Positions 1 through 12,656 of a DNA stretch of 64,000 nt are shown here, one piece after another. The notes beneath the pieces are model-generated. The model had not been told where the DNA came from. It saw only the letters and a list, made by a program, of their open reading frames with translations, and made no database searches. Positions within the stretch are counted from its first letter, which is position 1. Every line of letters begins with the position of its first letter. Where the stretch lies: contig NC_042997.1 of assembly GCF_006345805.1 (NCBI RefSeq), positions 81,406,001-81,470,000 of the forward strand. The letters are read 5' to 3'. The translations under genes were made by a program, and so were the position numbers. Source of the DNA: Octopus sinensis. Its lineage: Eukaryota.

Positions 1-261
1 TTCACCTCTGGAAACATGGGTATTTCATTCAACATCCTTAAACAACCCTTATTCAAGGACCTTTTGAGCAAAATGAGCTATTCAACCTGAAGAAAATTCC
101 AACTAGGCACCATTCGCAAGGTCATGTTGCACACATGTGCCTCATGTACCTTTATCAGACAGGTGGTCATGATAGGTATACTGGGCTTTGCATATTTGTA
201 TGCCAGTGTCACTTTGATGGCATGCATTGCTCCCTCACTCAATAATAATAATTTCAAATTT

Positions 262-461
262 TGGCACAAGGTTAGCAATTTTGAGGGAGTGGGTAAATTG
301 ATTACATTGACCCCAGTACTCACCTGGTACCTATTTCATCAGCCGCTAAAGGATGAAAGGCAAAGTTGAATATGATGGAATTTGAACTCAGAATATAATG
401 ACATGAAATGCCACTAAGCATTTTCCCCAGTGTGCTAATGATTCTGCCAGCTCACTGCCTT
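262..461 (-). mobile_element. tRNA-derived SINE (family A, abundant octopus-type SINE)
   Basis: Reverse complement starts AAGGCAGTGAGCTGGCAGAATCATTAGC (A-box-like) and contains GAGTTCAAATTCC (B-box) and a GCCTTTCATCCTTT core. The same sequence recurs at 494-750, 53952-54168 and 58661-58793. Confidence 0.8.
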
Positions 462-493
462 AATAATAAGATTAATAATAATAATTTGTTTTA

Positions 494-750
494 GGCACAA
501 GGCCAGCACTTTTGAGGGGAAGGAGTTAGTTAATTCCATGGACCCTAGTGCTTGATTGGTACTTTATTTATTCAACCCACTCAAAGGCTAACATCCACAT
601 TGGCTTCAGTACTTGACCAATACTTTATTTTATTGACCCTAAAAGAAGAAAGGCAAAGTTGACTTCGATGCGATTTGAAATCAGAAACAGAAAAATATTC
701 CAATGCATTTTTTCTGATACTCTAACAATTTTGCCTATTCTTCACCTTAA
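494..750 (-). mobile_element. degenerate SINE family A copy
   Basis: Same motif order as 262-461 (GGCACAAGGCCAGC...GGTACTTTATTTTATT...AAAGGCAAAGTTGAC...ATTTGAAATCAGAA). Confidence 0.65.
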
Positions 751-769
751 TATTTTTCATCCCTTTATT

Positions 770-1190
770 TGCCACAAGATCACAGATGATGGGACATTAC
801 AAGGATAGTGGTGTTTTACATAGAATCCAATATGGAAAAAATAAACAATCATAAAAACCCAAAGAAAAAGATAGGAAAAAATTGAAATGTTCCAAAGAGG
901 GACAGCTACCTAAGATCAAATAAGAAACCTCATAGATCCTGGATTGCCCTTACTACCAAGGGCAAGTACTCTCTCCCAGTTATGTTCTCTGGCCTACAAA
1001 TCATACTAAGAATTGGTCTTTACTATTTTCATGCATCTTTTAACAAATTTACTGGAGAGTAGTGTACTTCCCTTTACTCTCACATTTCTCTAGAAGTGGG
1101 ACATGAAGAAGTTAAGGAGAGCTTGCTTGATAAGGAAAGTATTTTTCCTCAACCTTTTTAATGTTGATCACTATACAACCTCTTCATAGA
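770..1190 (-). mobile_element. probable 3' remnant of an L1/Tx1-like LINE
   Basis: Minus strand reads ...QALLNFFMSHF*RNVRVKGSTLLSSKFVKRC, resembling the ORF2 C-terminus of mollusc Tx1/L1-like elements. Heavily decayed; recognised from memory only. Confidence 0.35.
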
Positions 1191-1562
1191 GAGGGTATAG
1201 TCAATAGACTCATCTTCAGTGTATTTGTTTCATTAACTTTAAATAAATTGAAGTTAGAGTATAAAAGAATGGAAATGAACAGAGTAGTAAGGTGTTTAAT
1301 TTTGGGTGGTTCTATTATTTCTGTCAGTTCAACTTAACTAAGAAGAAGAAGAGAGAGAGTGTAAACAATGATGTATGGTTAAGAAGGTTGTTTCACAATC
1401 ATGTGGTTTTAAGTTTAGTACCTTTCACATGGCAGTTTCAGCAAATATCATCTATCATAGCCTTATTTTGACCAATAACTTACAACTGGAATTTGGTAGA
1501 GAGAAACTGTGCAGATGCCTGTTATGTATCTGTGTGTGTGTAAATAAAACAGATAAGTACAT

Positions 1563-2065
1563 AAAGAAGTACTGATCTCTAACTGTGGAGGGCCTGTGGA
1601 AGAAGTAGACCTAAGAAGACATGGGATGAGGTGGTGAAATATGATCTTTAGATGTTGAGTCTCACGGGGTGTGATGGAAAGTGACTGAGGCTTTTGGCAA
1701 TTTGCTGTGCTTGAGAAGGTAAATCAAGCTAAGTGAAATTATAGTCGTGGCCAGTGCTGGTGATATGTAAAAGGCATCCATGCCTGTGACATGTAGAAGG
1801 CAGTCGTGCCAGTGACATGTAAAAGGCACTCGTGCCAATGACATGTTAAAGGCACCTGTGCCAGTGACACATAAAAGGCACCTGTGCTGGTGACATCTTA
1901 AAGGCACCCAGTACACTTTATGGAGTGGTTGGCACTAGGAAGGACATCCAGCCATAGAAACCATGCTAAAATAGAGTGGAGCCTGTTTTGGCTTGGTTTG
2001 CAGTTCCAGTCAAACTATTTAACCCATACCAGCATGGAAAACAGGCGCTAAATGAAGATAATGAC
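1563..2065 (+). mobile_element. 5'-truncated RTE LINE (ORF2 C-terminus plus 3' UTR with ~26-bp tandem repeats)
   Basis: Decayed GRGRPRKTWDEVVKHDL motif (cf. 31590-31650), tandem GTGACATGTAAAAGGCACCTGTGCCA-like units, and the same 3' UTR (GGAGTGGTTGGC...CAGCATGGAAA...GATGAT) as 32180-32340. Confidence 0.8.
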
Positions 2066-2441
2066 AAACACTTATTAGGCTTCTGAGTACTAAAAAGTAA
2101 AAGAGAAAAGCATAAAGTACTAAGGTATATTTCACAAACTCAACAGGTGTACTTAGCATATCAAAAGCTGATATGGTAAATAATCAATTTTCTATTCTAT
2201 AAATAGCTTTAGTGACACTCATTATCATGATCATCATCATCAACATCAACATCCATATTTTTATTATCAGCATATACTTCCTTTTGTTTCATGTGAGCTA
2301 TTGGATATACATGTAATCTTGTCAGTAAAATACTTGTTGAAATACATTATGATGTCTATATTTGACAATTAAATTTACATATTTCAGCAGGCAAAATAAA
2401 TTAAAATTGTATAGGTGCATATGTTATATAGAGATCAGATG

Positions 2442-2446
<5 letters not shown>

Positions 2447-2492
<46 letters not shown>
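2447..2492. repeat. (GA)n microsatellite
   Basis: Seen directly. Confidence 0.95.
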
Positions 2493-2496
<4 letters not shown>

Positions 2497-3599
2497 CAAA
2501 CAGGTAGGTAGGCATGAATGAGACAGAGATTGTCAGGAGTGCAAGATGAGGTGATCAGTTCATTGTTCAGTTGTTACAACAATTGAATATTTCTATATGA
2601 TTTCTAATTATAATGTAATTTCTAATGTATAAACAAACAGTTGGATAACACTGTTTTGAAGATGCAGAGAATGTCATTTGACCCTTAGTTGTTCGTTTGG
2701 TCACCATCAAATATTTTGTTTATATGCCATATTTCAAAGCCTGGCAAAGCTCACCCACCTTCAGACACTATGACTTCAAACCACTATTATACAAGTGAAG
2801 TAAATTGGCCCAACCAGTGAGCCATTTCTAAATTGCAGACTTGCTTAGTGAAGAACTTACCAACTATCTATGGTGAACATAAAGAATTAATGTACTTGAT
2901 AAATAAATGAATATAACTCACTTTCATTATGTGATATTTCATATTTTTATTATATTATGATGTTCTATGACGATGGTGTTAGGATATTGGATTACTGACC
3001 AAATAGCCATAAACTCAAATCTTAATTTACCCTTGTGTTGTGCCTGTAAATAAGGCATATAACTTTACTAGTCAAGCTAAGCTGACTGATAAAAATAAAA
3101 TAAAACTACTTCCAACTGAAAAACTAATTGTACCAACAACAAAATCATTCCATCAATACAATCATGCAAAATAAATATTTAAATAAATAAATAAATAGAT
3201 AAATAAATGTAAATTACCAAACAGTACTAACTTTACTCAGCTAAAGTAGGAGGGTGCTAGCTTATTGGCTTGAGGGTTTCAAATATTTATCCTATCTCTA
3301 AATATCGTGTTGTGTTCCTGGTAAAGAAAGTTTATATTAGCACAGTGGATTTGGCTAAAATAAGTATTATGAAAATATATGGTTCATCACATTAACTTAG
3401 GCACTTCTTAATGAATTCTTTTGCAGCAACAACACAAATTAATATGGATATAGGGCTGAGATGTGTTGATTTTCAAACACTTCCTGACTTTATTATGAAA
3501 CAAAAGTGCTACAACCAAAAGCTGAAACTTAGTTATAAACTAAGTCTGATAGGAACAGTTTGATTGGTCAGAAGTGTTTGCTATTTAGAACTGTCAGCA

Positions 3600-4830
3600 C
3601 CAATTACTATCTTCAGCTATCTGCACATCTCTAACTGACATGCCAACTATCCAAATGATTTTGGCCTCTTCCTTACATTCGAATCTAGCCATTATTTCTT
3701 CTTCCATTCAATTACCTGGTCATTATCTAGTCAAGCAACATACCTCAAACATTTCTACAGCTCATTGACTTCTAAACCTGGGAAACTCTGGTAGTTTAGG
3801 TCAACTAAAAGGTTGAAGTTTCACCATTTCTATACTGACGATACCTTTCATAGCAGTTCTACTTCATCTCAGATCTGTCTCAAACAGCCAAACAGATCAT
3901 GAAACCACCTTCCTAGGAATGTTCCTTCATATCCTTTAACATAACCAAAACCAATAAAACCAAATGTCCGGCTGGTTCACTCACAGCTGTACTATATCAG
4001 TACAGACTAAGAATACTTCTTACAGCATCTGGAGGAAATCATCCACCATCCCCAGCTACATGGTAACTATTAAGAAAGCAAAAGACGCCTTCATACACTG
4101 CACGACCTGCAAACTTACTCACTTTAAAATTGCTATCAGGTATTCTGTATTCTGGTATCTTGCCAAGAAGGTCTTCACTAATTTTGCAGAATTTTTGTAC
4201 CTGCCACTCATCAACTAAGATAGCTCTGTAAATAGCACTCCTATAGAGAAAGCACTACATGCATACCCAACAAAATTATTTCTAGACAACCCTTTCCCAT
4301 TTCATTTACTGTACAGTCACATGCATATACTTGTCTCATATGAAAAATTTGCTTTTCACTCCAAATTAACATGGTGATCATTCTTGATGCTATTCTTTCT
4401 ATATTGTTCTCCAGAGCTGGTTTTTAATCATCACACAACTCTTCAGCTTTTCTTTGAAGTGACCTATCTAAAGCTTTGGAAATATACTGTATCTCCCATC
4501 CCTAAGAATGGAAAACACTCTGAATTTACTAACTACCACTCTCTTATTAACTTCTGTGATCTCATGAGTGTTGGAAACTGGGGAAAAAATACCACCTCCT
4601 TAATCACCTTTATTCTTTCAAAAAATTGACCTGAGATTTGCTCTCCTTTGTCCCACACACATATCTTATCCATGAAAAACTGCAATATTATTTGCCTTTA
4701 CATCAACAAAGCCTTTCACCATATTTGGCATAGAAACTTCTGACTTAATTGCTTATCTGTCATCTCTATGTCTTTCTCATCTCGTGAATCAAAAGTTTTT
4801 TGTCAATGTGCCTTAGTTGTGTGCACTACT
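3600..4830 (+). mobile_element. old CR1/Jockey-group LINE ORF2 remnant
   Basis: Decayed motifs in order: GLFLT (endonuclease end), GWFTHSC, WKYTVSPIPKNGKHSEFTNYHSL (NYRPISL region) and ALYINKAFHHIWH (ALDISKAFDRVWH). Many stops and frameshifts. Confidence 0.65.
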
Positions 4831-4949
4831 TTCCCCCATCTCTTTCTCTCTCTCTCTCTCTCTCTGGTGAACTCCACAATACTTTACTTACAATAAGCTA
4901 TGAACCAACATCACGGGCTTGTTCAATAATTTATTGACTCAATGTACAC

Positions 4950-6310
4950 CAACAACTTGTGTAGCAGCATTATAGTCAACTGCTACAAAAGTAAAGGCAA
5001 CACTTTAGAAAGAAATGATTAGAAAAACATCAAGTAGCTGGACCAGATGATTAGCTTCATGTCTTCTCAAGCACAACAAATTGCCAGAAGTCTCGGCCAC
5101 TTGTTATTATTTCCATGAGACTCAACAACCAAATATCACATGTCACTACCTCATCCCACATCTTCCTGCATCTAGAGAAATCACAGAGAAAGTCATAGCT
5201 CAACTAATTTGGAAGAGAGTTAGTATACATGAGATGCAGTTTGGTTTTGTGCCAGGGAGAAGTAATACTGACGCTATCTTCCTGGTAAGGCAGCTTCAGG
5301 GGAAGTATCTGATCAAAAATAAACCTCTGTACTTGGCTTTTGTTGACATGGAGAAAGACTTTGACATGGCCACTCCCTTATCTGGTGGTCAATGCAAAAG
5401 GTAGGGATAGATGAGTGGTTGATGAGAGCTGTACAAGCCATGTAAGGTGAAAGTTGAAAAGTACAACAATGAATTCAGTGTACAGGCGGGAGTTCACCAT
5501 GGATCAGTTCTCTGCACCCTCTTATTCATCATAGTCCACCAGGCCACAACAGGGGAATTTAAGACTGACTACTTCTGGTAGCTCCTCTATGCTGATGACC
5601 TTGTTCTAATAACTGAATCATTCCCAGAACTAGAGAAGTAATTTCCAGTGTGGAAGCAAGATCTGGAATCAAAAGGCCTGACAGTTAATTTAGCAAAAAC
5701 CAAAGTCCTAGTAAGTAGGTAAATAAACAAATCACAAGTCCCTTCGGGAAAATGGCCCTGCTTGATATGCAGAAAAGGTGTAGGTAGAAACTCCATAAGG
5801 TATACCTGATGCAAGCTATGGGCACATAACATGTCCAGCAGTATCAGAGGAAGGTTAACGGGGAAAGTAATCTTTATGTATGGAAGATGTGCAGGTACAA
5901 TAAACACTAGGACCACTAGGAACATACATGATGACAAGTGACAGACTTCTGGCAATTTTTTGTGCTTCAGAAGACATATCAAGCTAAGTGAAATTATGGC
6001 CAGTACTGGTGATACATAAAAGGCATCTATGCCGGTGACATGGAAAAGCACCTGTGTCAGCAAAACATTAAAGGGACCCTGCCAGTGACACGTAAAAGGC
6101 ACTTGTACCAGTGACACATGAAAGATATCCAGTATATTCTGTAAAGCAGTTGGCATTAAGAAGGGCATTCAGCCTTAGAAAGCAAGCCAAAACAGACAAC
6201 TGAAGCCTGGTGCAGTTCACCAGCTTACCAGCTTTAGTCAGAATTTCCAACCCATGCCAGCATGGAAAATGAACATTAAATGATGATGGTGATGATGCTG
6301 ATGATGATGA
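4950..6310 (+). mobile_element. decayed RTE LINE (RT, PHD-like finger, 3' UTR, (GAT)n tail)
   Basis: ORF 5081-5404 has EMQFGFVPGRSNTDAIFLVRQLQGKY...LAFVDMEK; LLYADDLVL at ~5582; homologous to 33288-35489. It contains a small inverted piece of its own 3' region at ~5060-5170. Confidence 0.85.
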
Positions 6311-7433
6311 ACCACATGAGTCATGGCTCATCATCAGGCAAGCTGCACCACTAAAAAACAGTTCAAGACCATTTTTCATTAGGTATGCCATTCAGAAAGT
6401 CCTGCAAGCTGTAGCTTTTCCCATGATTATACTTGACTTTAGTACCTCTTGAGCTAAAGAGAATAGAATTGTGATATCCAAAGTCATAAAAAATGGCTGT
6501 AATGAATATGAAATCAAGGCACGTGAGCTATTAATATGAAACAATACTCTACAGTGTTTTTTTTTTACCTCTAATGACTTCAGAATTCTTCATCATCTAC
6601 CTCAACTAATGATGCAGAAATATTTCATTGTTTTGAAAATGGCATGGTTAGTATGTCCTTTTCACTTTCTTCACAATGGGTCACATGTATTATTTTTGCT
6701 AAGCACATGATAGCATTTTGTTAGTCAACAAAAGACCCATTTTGACAAGCACAACATAACAGAGGATAGAGGCATTCATCAGCTGGTACCAGTATAAGTT
6801 TACTGCTGTTGCTTGTTTTTTCTAATACATTTAAATTTGTAATACTTTAAATTATTAACAGATGACTTCTCTTATCAATATCAATTGTAATTTACTGATT
6901 TTTTCTTTTATTTTTGTCATAAAGCAGTAGATATTTTATGAAAGGTGGTAGGTTTTTAACAATAAATTCTGTTGAGTTTTAATTATGTTAATCTCATTAA
7001 TGTTCCTCAATAAGATAAAAAAATTTTTTTTAATAATTTGTTTGAAGATAATAATCCCATTATATTGATGGTATGCATATCAGATTTCTACCATTAAATA
7101 CTCCCTCAAAAAAATAATTTAAAGTCCACTATGGCAACAAAACTTCCTTAGCTGAGAAATTAGGTTAATCTACTGGACAAAAGTTACTGAATTGTCTGAC
7201 GTACAAATCAAATTTCTCTGGCTGAAATTTACAGCCACAAAAAAGATAAGTGAACTTATACATAAAGATGACTTTGAAGGACTAAAAGTTCCATATGCAA
7301 TGAAGCAGGATTTGGGAAGATAGTGATGATGTTTTAAGGCTTACACTATATGTTTAAATTATATATAATGTCAATTTGTAAGCTGAAAAATATAGTAAGT
7401 TAAGCCAGTGCATAGAAGAAAATACTTCTTTAA

Positions 7434-9980
7434 CCTTCTGTCTACCAATGGGTCCAATGGAACCATTTCAGTTTTTTCAGTTGCTTTTTCCTACTGTTTA
7501 TATTATTTGATTCTGCTTGTTTCTCATGACTTATTTTTTCTTGACTCTCTTTTATTTGTTGAATGGGATATTTTCCGTATGTTTATAAAAGCTAGAAAAT
7601 TTCACTTTATACATTAATTACCTTAAGGGGTCTATTGGACCCTTGAATTAAATTCAGAAATTACTCTTGTCATTCTAAACAGAATAAAAGCAGTATCAAA
7701 TATTATTTTCCTAGATATTTATCAAATATAAAATAGATAAAATTATATTCAATTCATTTGCTGAAGTTTAGATAAAATAGGAAAAATTATGAAAATATTC
7801 CTGTAAATTTGTTTGGTATTGCGTCACCTCCAGTCTGCTAGGTTATAGGGTGATGCAATATTTGTATGTGATGAAGCAATTCTTACCAATATATTGTATC
7901 ATCTTTCAGGAGAGTATAAATATGTGAGAGAGCAATATCTGCTTTTAGACTGCTATCAAGTTTCATATAGTTCAGTTGTGCTTTCCAATATGGTTAGACT
8001 TGAAAACTTGAGTGAAGAGCAAATATTGAAAAGGTTATTGGAATTAGATGAAGAATGAGAAAAAGATAGTAGTGATTCCTTCTATAGCTCTGAAAATGAT
8101 GGTGAAAATGATTGTGTGTTGGACAGTTTAAGTTCTGTGTTGTCAGATGATGAAGATATGCAAAAACAATTATCTGCAAGCCACCCAATTATGAATGAAC
8201 AATATGTTTCTAGAGACAGACAAGAAGTTTGGCATTCTAATCCTCTTACTCAAGCAGCAGTAAGAACTTCATCTTGCAATGTTGTGCACCAAGAATGTGG
8301 ACCATCCCGTTTTGCTAAAAGGTCTTGCAATAGCATTGGAACATGTTTTATTATTTTTATGTGCCATGGACAAATGTTGAAGGTCAGGTTGTTTACAAAG
8401 ATAAATGGAAGGAAATTGATCATTCTGAATTAAAGAAATTTATTGGACTGATTATTCTTATAGGTATTTATAAATCTAAACATAAAAATGTCACACAGTT
8501 ATGGAGTCAAGAAGATGGCCACCCAATATTCAACAAAATTATGAGCTGGGGAAGATTTCAACAGATTTTACAAGTGTTGTTTTTTGATGATGCTAGTGCA
8601 AGAAGAAAAAAAGAAATGATGATAAATTGGAGCCTATAAAAGAAGTATTTGAAATGTGAAATCAGAATTTGCAAGATGGATATGTTCCAAGTTGATGCGT
8701 GACAATTGATGAACAATTAGTTTCATTCAGAGGGTGCTGCCCATTCCGGGTATATATTCCTTCAAAACCAGGGAAATATGGAATTAAAATTTGGGCAATA
8801 TGGACAGTGAAATATCTATCTTATGCCTGGAAAATGCAAATCTACACTGGAAAAGTCCCAGTAAAAGGGAGAGAGACAAATCAAAGTTCAAAAGTTATTG
8901 ACCTAGTAAAAGAACTTGAAAATACAGGTTACAATATAACTTATAATTTCTTTACAAGTCTAGGATTGGCTTGAAAGCTGCTTAGCAAGAAAACTTGCAA
9001 CTTAGTTGGAACAATTAGAAAGAAGAGAGTTGAACTTCCAAGTGCTTTCACAAATGGAAAAGAAAGAAAAATCAAGAGCACAATATTTGGATTTCAAAAG
9101 GATTCTATGATCCTATCTTATTGTCCCCCGCCCCCAAAAAAATTATGTAGTCACACTTATGAGTACAAAGTATTCTCAGTTTTCAGTTTATTCAAAAAGT
9201 GCTGAAAAGAAACCTGAAGCTCTTACATATTACAACAAAACAAAAGAAGGAGTAGATACCCTAGGTAAGATGGTAAGGATATACACTCGCAAAAGAATGA
9301 CTCGAAGATGGCCTATGGTTATATTGTACAACATGATTGATATAAGTACAGTGAAAGCTTTCATTGTCGCCAAACAGCTTCACTTGCAAAGTTTCAAGGA
9401 TAAAAAATGACAGTGCTTAATTCAGTTAGGAAAGGAACTTGCTGGAGTTAATGATAAACAAGAACATGACAAACAATCTTCTAGTTCAGCTAACATTTCT
9501 CAACTAAACAAGAAAAGAAGACAATCTCTAACTTCATTTGAGATTCCTGAAAAGAAAAAAGGAAGATATTCTTTGTGTGACCCCCAAAAAGATAGGAAAA
9601 CTCGTACTACAGGTAAGAATTGTAATATCCATGTTTGCCAAGAACATTCCAATGTTGTCTGCATTCACTGCCACGAAGAGCTGTAATTCTGTATTTTTGT
9701 AATTTTTAAAACCAAGGGTTAGACTCTTAACCTTCTTTTAAATTATTGAAATTATCAGCTAACATTGAAAGCAATTAGCTAGTTCCATGTACTACCAGTT
9801 AATAAATTTTTATATAAAATAAAATTAATTTACTCACAATCTTAAAGCTATCCAGGTTATTTATATTAGCATGCAAAATATACCAACAAATATTTTTAGT
9901 CTTTTTTTTCTTCCATGGCTGTCATGGAATACTTATGTGTGTCTTCTAGTTTACACAACTTTTAATAATTAACAGTAGAC
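7434..9980 (+). mobile_element. piggyBac DNA transposon, decayed (right end uncertain)
   Basis: TTAA at 7430-7433 followed by CCTTCTGTCTACC; subterminal palindromes GGGTCCAATGGAACC and GGGTCTATTGGACCC; transposase remnants inside. No clean right TIR+TTAA was found. Confidence 0.75.
8116..9685 (+). pseudogene. piggyBac (PGBD4-like) transposase pseudogene
   Basis: TIDEQLVSFRGCCPFRVYIPSKPGKYGIKIW, (D>Y)NFFTS, YNKTKEGVD and RRWPMVILYNMID, plus a C-terminal Cys-rich domain (...CNIHVCQEHSNVVCIHC). Split by stops and frameshifts. Confidence 0.9.
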
Positions 9981-10747
9981 AATAATATTGATTGGATGTT
10001 TTTGAAGCTAGCTGGTGGCTAAACTCCTTCACTGTTTTGAAAATTAACAACAAAGAATTTAAAATCTTGGGTGATACATATTATAATTTATCAACATATT
10101 TGTTAATTAAAATTACCTTCAATGCTTCACCAATTAATTCAATTTACATGGATGTATAATTATATTTTCCATAGAAGATGCATGATTTGTTTTCTCTTTT
10201 ATAGAAGATTCTCATAAATATGTATAACCAGTTTGTAATTAAACTACAGTATCAGGTTAATGAATGAAGCAGACAGTAAGATTTCCTTAAGAAAACTCAG
10301 TATATGTATAATTGTGGTTGTTGCTGTGTTGCTTGAATAATACTATAGCCTAAACTAATATATCATTCACTGCTTCCCTCAACCTAACACCACCAACACT
10401 ACTACCTACACCATGACCATCATAAATAACAACTTTTTCCCTAACCACCACAATCACTGCCTTCATCATTATCAGTAACAGCAACAATATTACTATCATC
10501 ATTGTCAACATCATCAGCACCATTAATTTAACCATCATTAATTGCAACACTGTCATCACCACCATCACCACCAGCACTAATGACAACTGATTGCATGCAC
10601 CAACGAGTGACTTTGATGTGGTTGCTCAAACCGCTAGAAATAGCAGCTATATCTTCTTAAAACACCTCACACCATATTAATAAAGGACACATTAGATAAT
10701 GTGATCCAAAAAATGGCATGCTGAAAAGACGGATAGAGTGGTCATGA

Positions 10748-11200
10748 CTAGGAATATATAGGTTGGTAACTGATGTGCTCATACCAAACTATATCTTCCC
10801 AAAATGGCTATCAGACTTTGCACTTGCTCAAGATTCTTTTTAAAATCATTTTATACTAACTTTCTCATCTATTTGGATTACCGCTATACTTTCACCATAC
10901 GCATATTTTAATATCCTCATTGGTTTTAATATGAACATACAACCTCACAAGTACATTTATTATTTTTATATATCTATATTTATATATTTATAAATTTTTA
11001 TATTATATCTTGTGTTGATGAATGCACTTGTGTATGCTGTGAAGTATTCTGACGCTTTGAAATACATTGAGTGAATATGAACACTGATCTTTGAAATTTG
11101 TTCTCTCTTTCTTGGTTTTATATTCCTGAGGCTCTATTAGAGTGCTAATTAGTTGTACTGTATAAGGGAATAATTACTCCATTTATTTCTTCATTATATA
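10748..11200 (+). mobile_element. possible decayed non-autonomous Penelope-derived (pLTR) element
   Basis: Degenerate hammerhead-like layout (CTGATGTG...AAAATGGCTATC) followed by an AT-rich tail ending in (TA)n, similar in layout to 51144-51740. Confidence 0.3.
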
Positions 11201-11221
11201 TAATATATATATATATATATG

Positions 11222-11482
11222 ATGGCAATAGCTGAACAATCTGCACAAATGATTTGTTTATAGCGATCAAATGTTTGTACTGCACATTAGCTCACTTTCT
11301 CCATTAAATCGACATTGTTTGAACAGGTGCACAGTGTACCATGTGTCAGATGTCAAAGTGATCGCAGAGCAATGGGTGATGAAGTGTTTTGCTCAAAAAG
11401 CACAATGCACTACCCGGTCTAGGAACTGAAATCACAATCATTAGATCATGAGTGTGATACCCTAACCACTATGCCATGTGCC

Positions 11483-11486
<4 letters not shown>
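11222..11486 (-). mobile_element. tRNA-derived SINE (family C-related)
   Basis: Minus strand starts GAAGGCACATGGCATAGTGGTTAGGGT (A-box) then GATTTCAGTTCC (B-box-like); head similar to 24986-25281. Confidence 0.65.
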
Positions 11487-11513
<27 letters not shown>

Positions 11514-12113
11514 CACCACCACCACTTGACAACTGGTGTTTACATTCCAACAACTTAGCAGTTCAGCAAAACAATTTGATAGAATAAGTACTAGGCTTTA
11601 AGAAAAGTCCTGGAGTTGATCTCATTATCATCATCATCATCATCATGATTCTCTATAAACATACAAATGTTCCTGCCAAATGGATTCTTGAACGTTCTGG
11701 ATTATCAATTATTTAAAGGCAAGAAAATTCAATTCAAAGCAGTTATCCCACACCTATATGAGCCTTGTTGCTTTTCTTCATATGTTAATCTCTCACCTAC
11801 TCTTGACAAATCTTATTTACCCACAGTGCTACTTCAGGATTTGCACAAGTTGATGGTTTTTTCCCATCTATTAGTCTCACAACTTGCTTATCTTTTTTTT
11901 CTATTGAGGTAGTCTAAATTCAGCTTCTTATATATGTGAACTTAGATAAAGATGAGCATGAAGGGGTGATATAAAGTGGTCTGTCCAGGTGTTGGAAAGG
12001 TGAAAAGTTGAGAGGAGCAATGAACAATGGAGAGAGAGGGTACAAAGTGAGTGGGGTAAAGAAGGATGTAAGAGTAGGGGTAAGGGGCAGATTAGGTAGG
12101 GTGCAAATATTAT

Positions 12114-12149
<36 letters not shown>

Positions 12150-12169
12150 ATCACAGCTTTTAAATCCCT

Positions 12170-12540
12170 ATCTTTCTGTCAGAGTATATTTTGCATTTTG
12201 GTATTGGTGGGCTTTCTGTACCACAACATATTACCAGTCAGTACAGTTCTTTGTCATCTCTGTTAGACACAGCATCTTTAGATCAGACTTCACTGCTTTT
12301 TCCAAGTCTTCCTTGGTCACTCTCTTCCAAAAGTTTCTCTTTCATGGAGTATTTGGCACTATGCAGAAGTCATCATATTACATGCTTGTACCAGTGCAGC
12401 CTTCTCTCTTGCACACTGCACCTTATTCCTCTTGTAACCAGATTTTCTCTTTGTTCATTTGTACTCTGGACTGCATGCGCACTAATATTACACATCCATC
12501 TGAGCAAACTGGCTTCATTTTCTTCTAGCCTTTGTAAAGC
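12170..12540 (-). mobile_element. RTE LINE C-terminal fragment
   Basis: Minus strand matches the decayed NEASMLRWMCNVS...LRWYGHV...RGRPRKTW region of RTE ORF2. Confidence 0.6.
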
Positions 12541-12612
12541 CAACATCTTTATCTAAAGTCAACACCTTTATCTAAGGCCAACACCTTTATCTAAGACCAG
12601 CACCTTTATCTA
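12538..12612. repeat. 19-bp tandem repeat x4 (CAACACCTTTATCTAAGGC-like)
   Basis: Seen directly. Confidence 0.85.
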
Positions 12613-12656
12613 GTCATTCATTGCAGTGTAACAGTTTGCAACATCAGTGATATGAC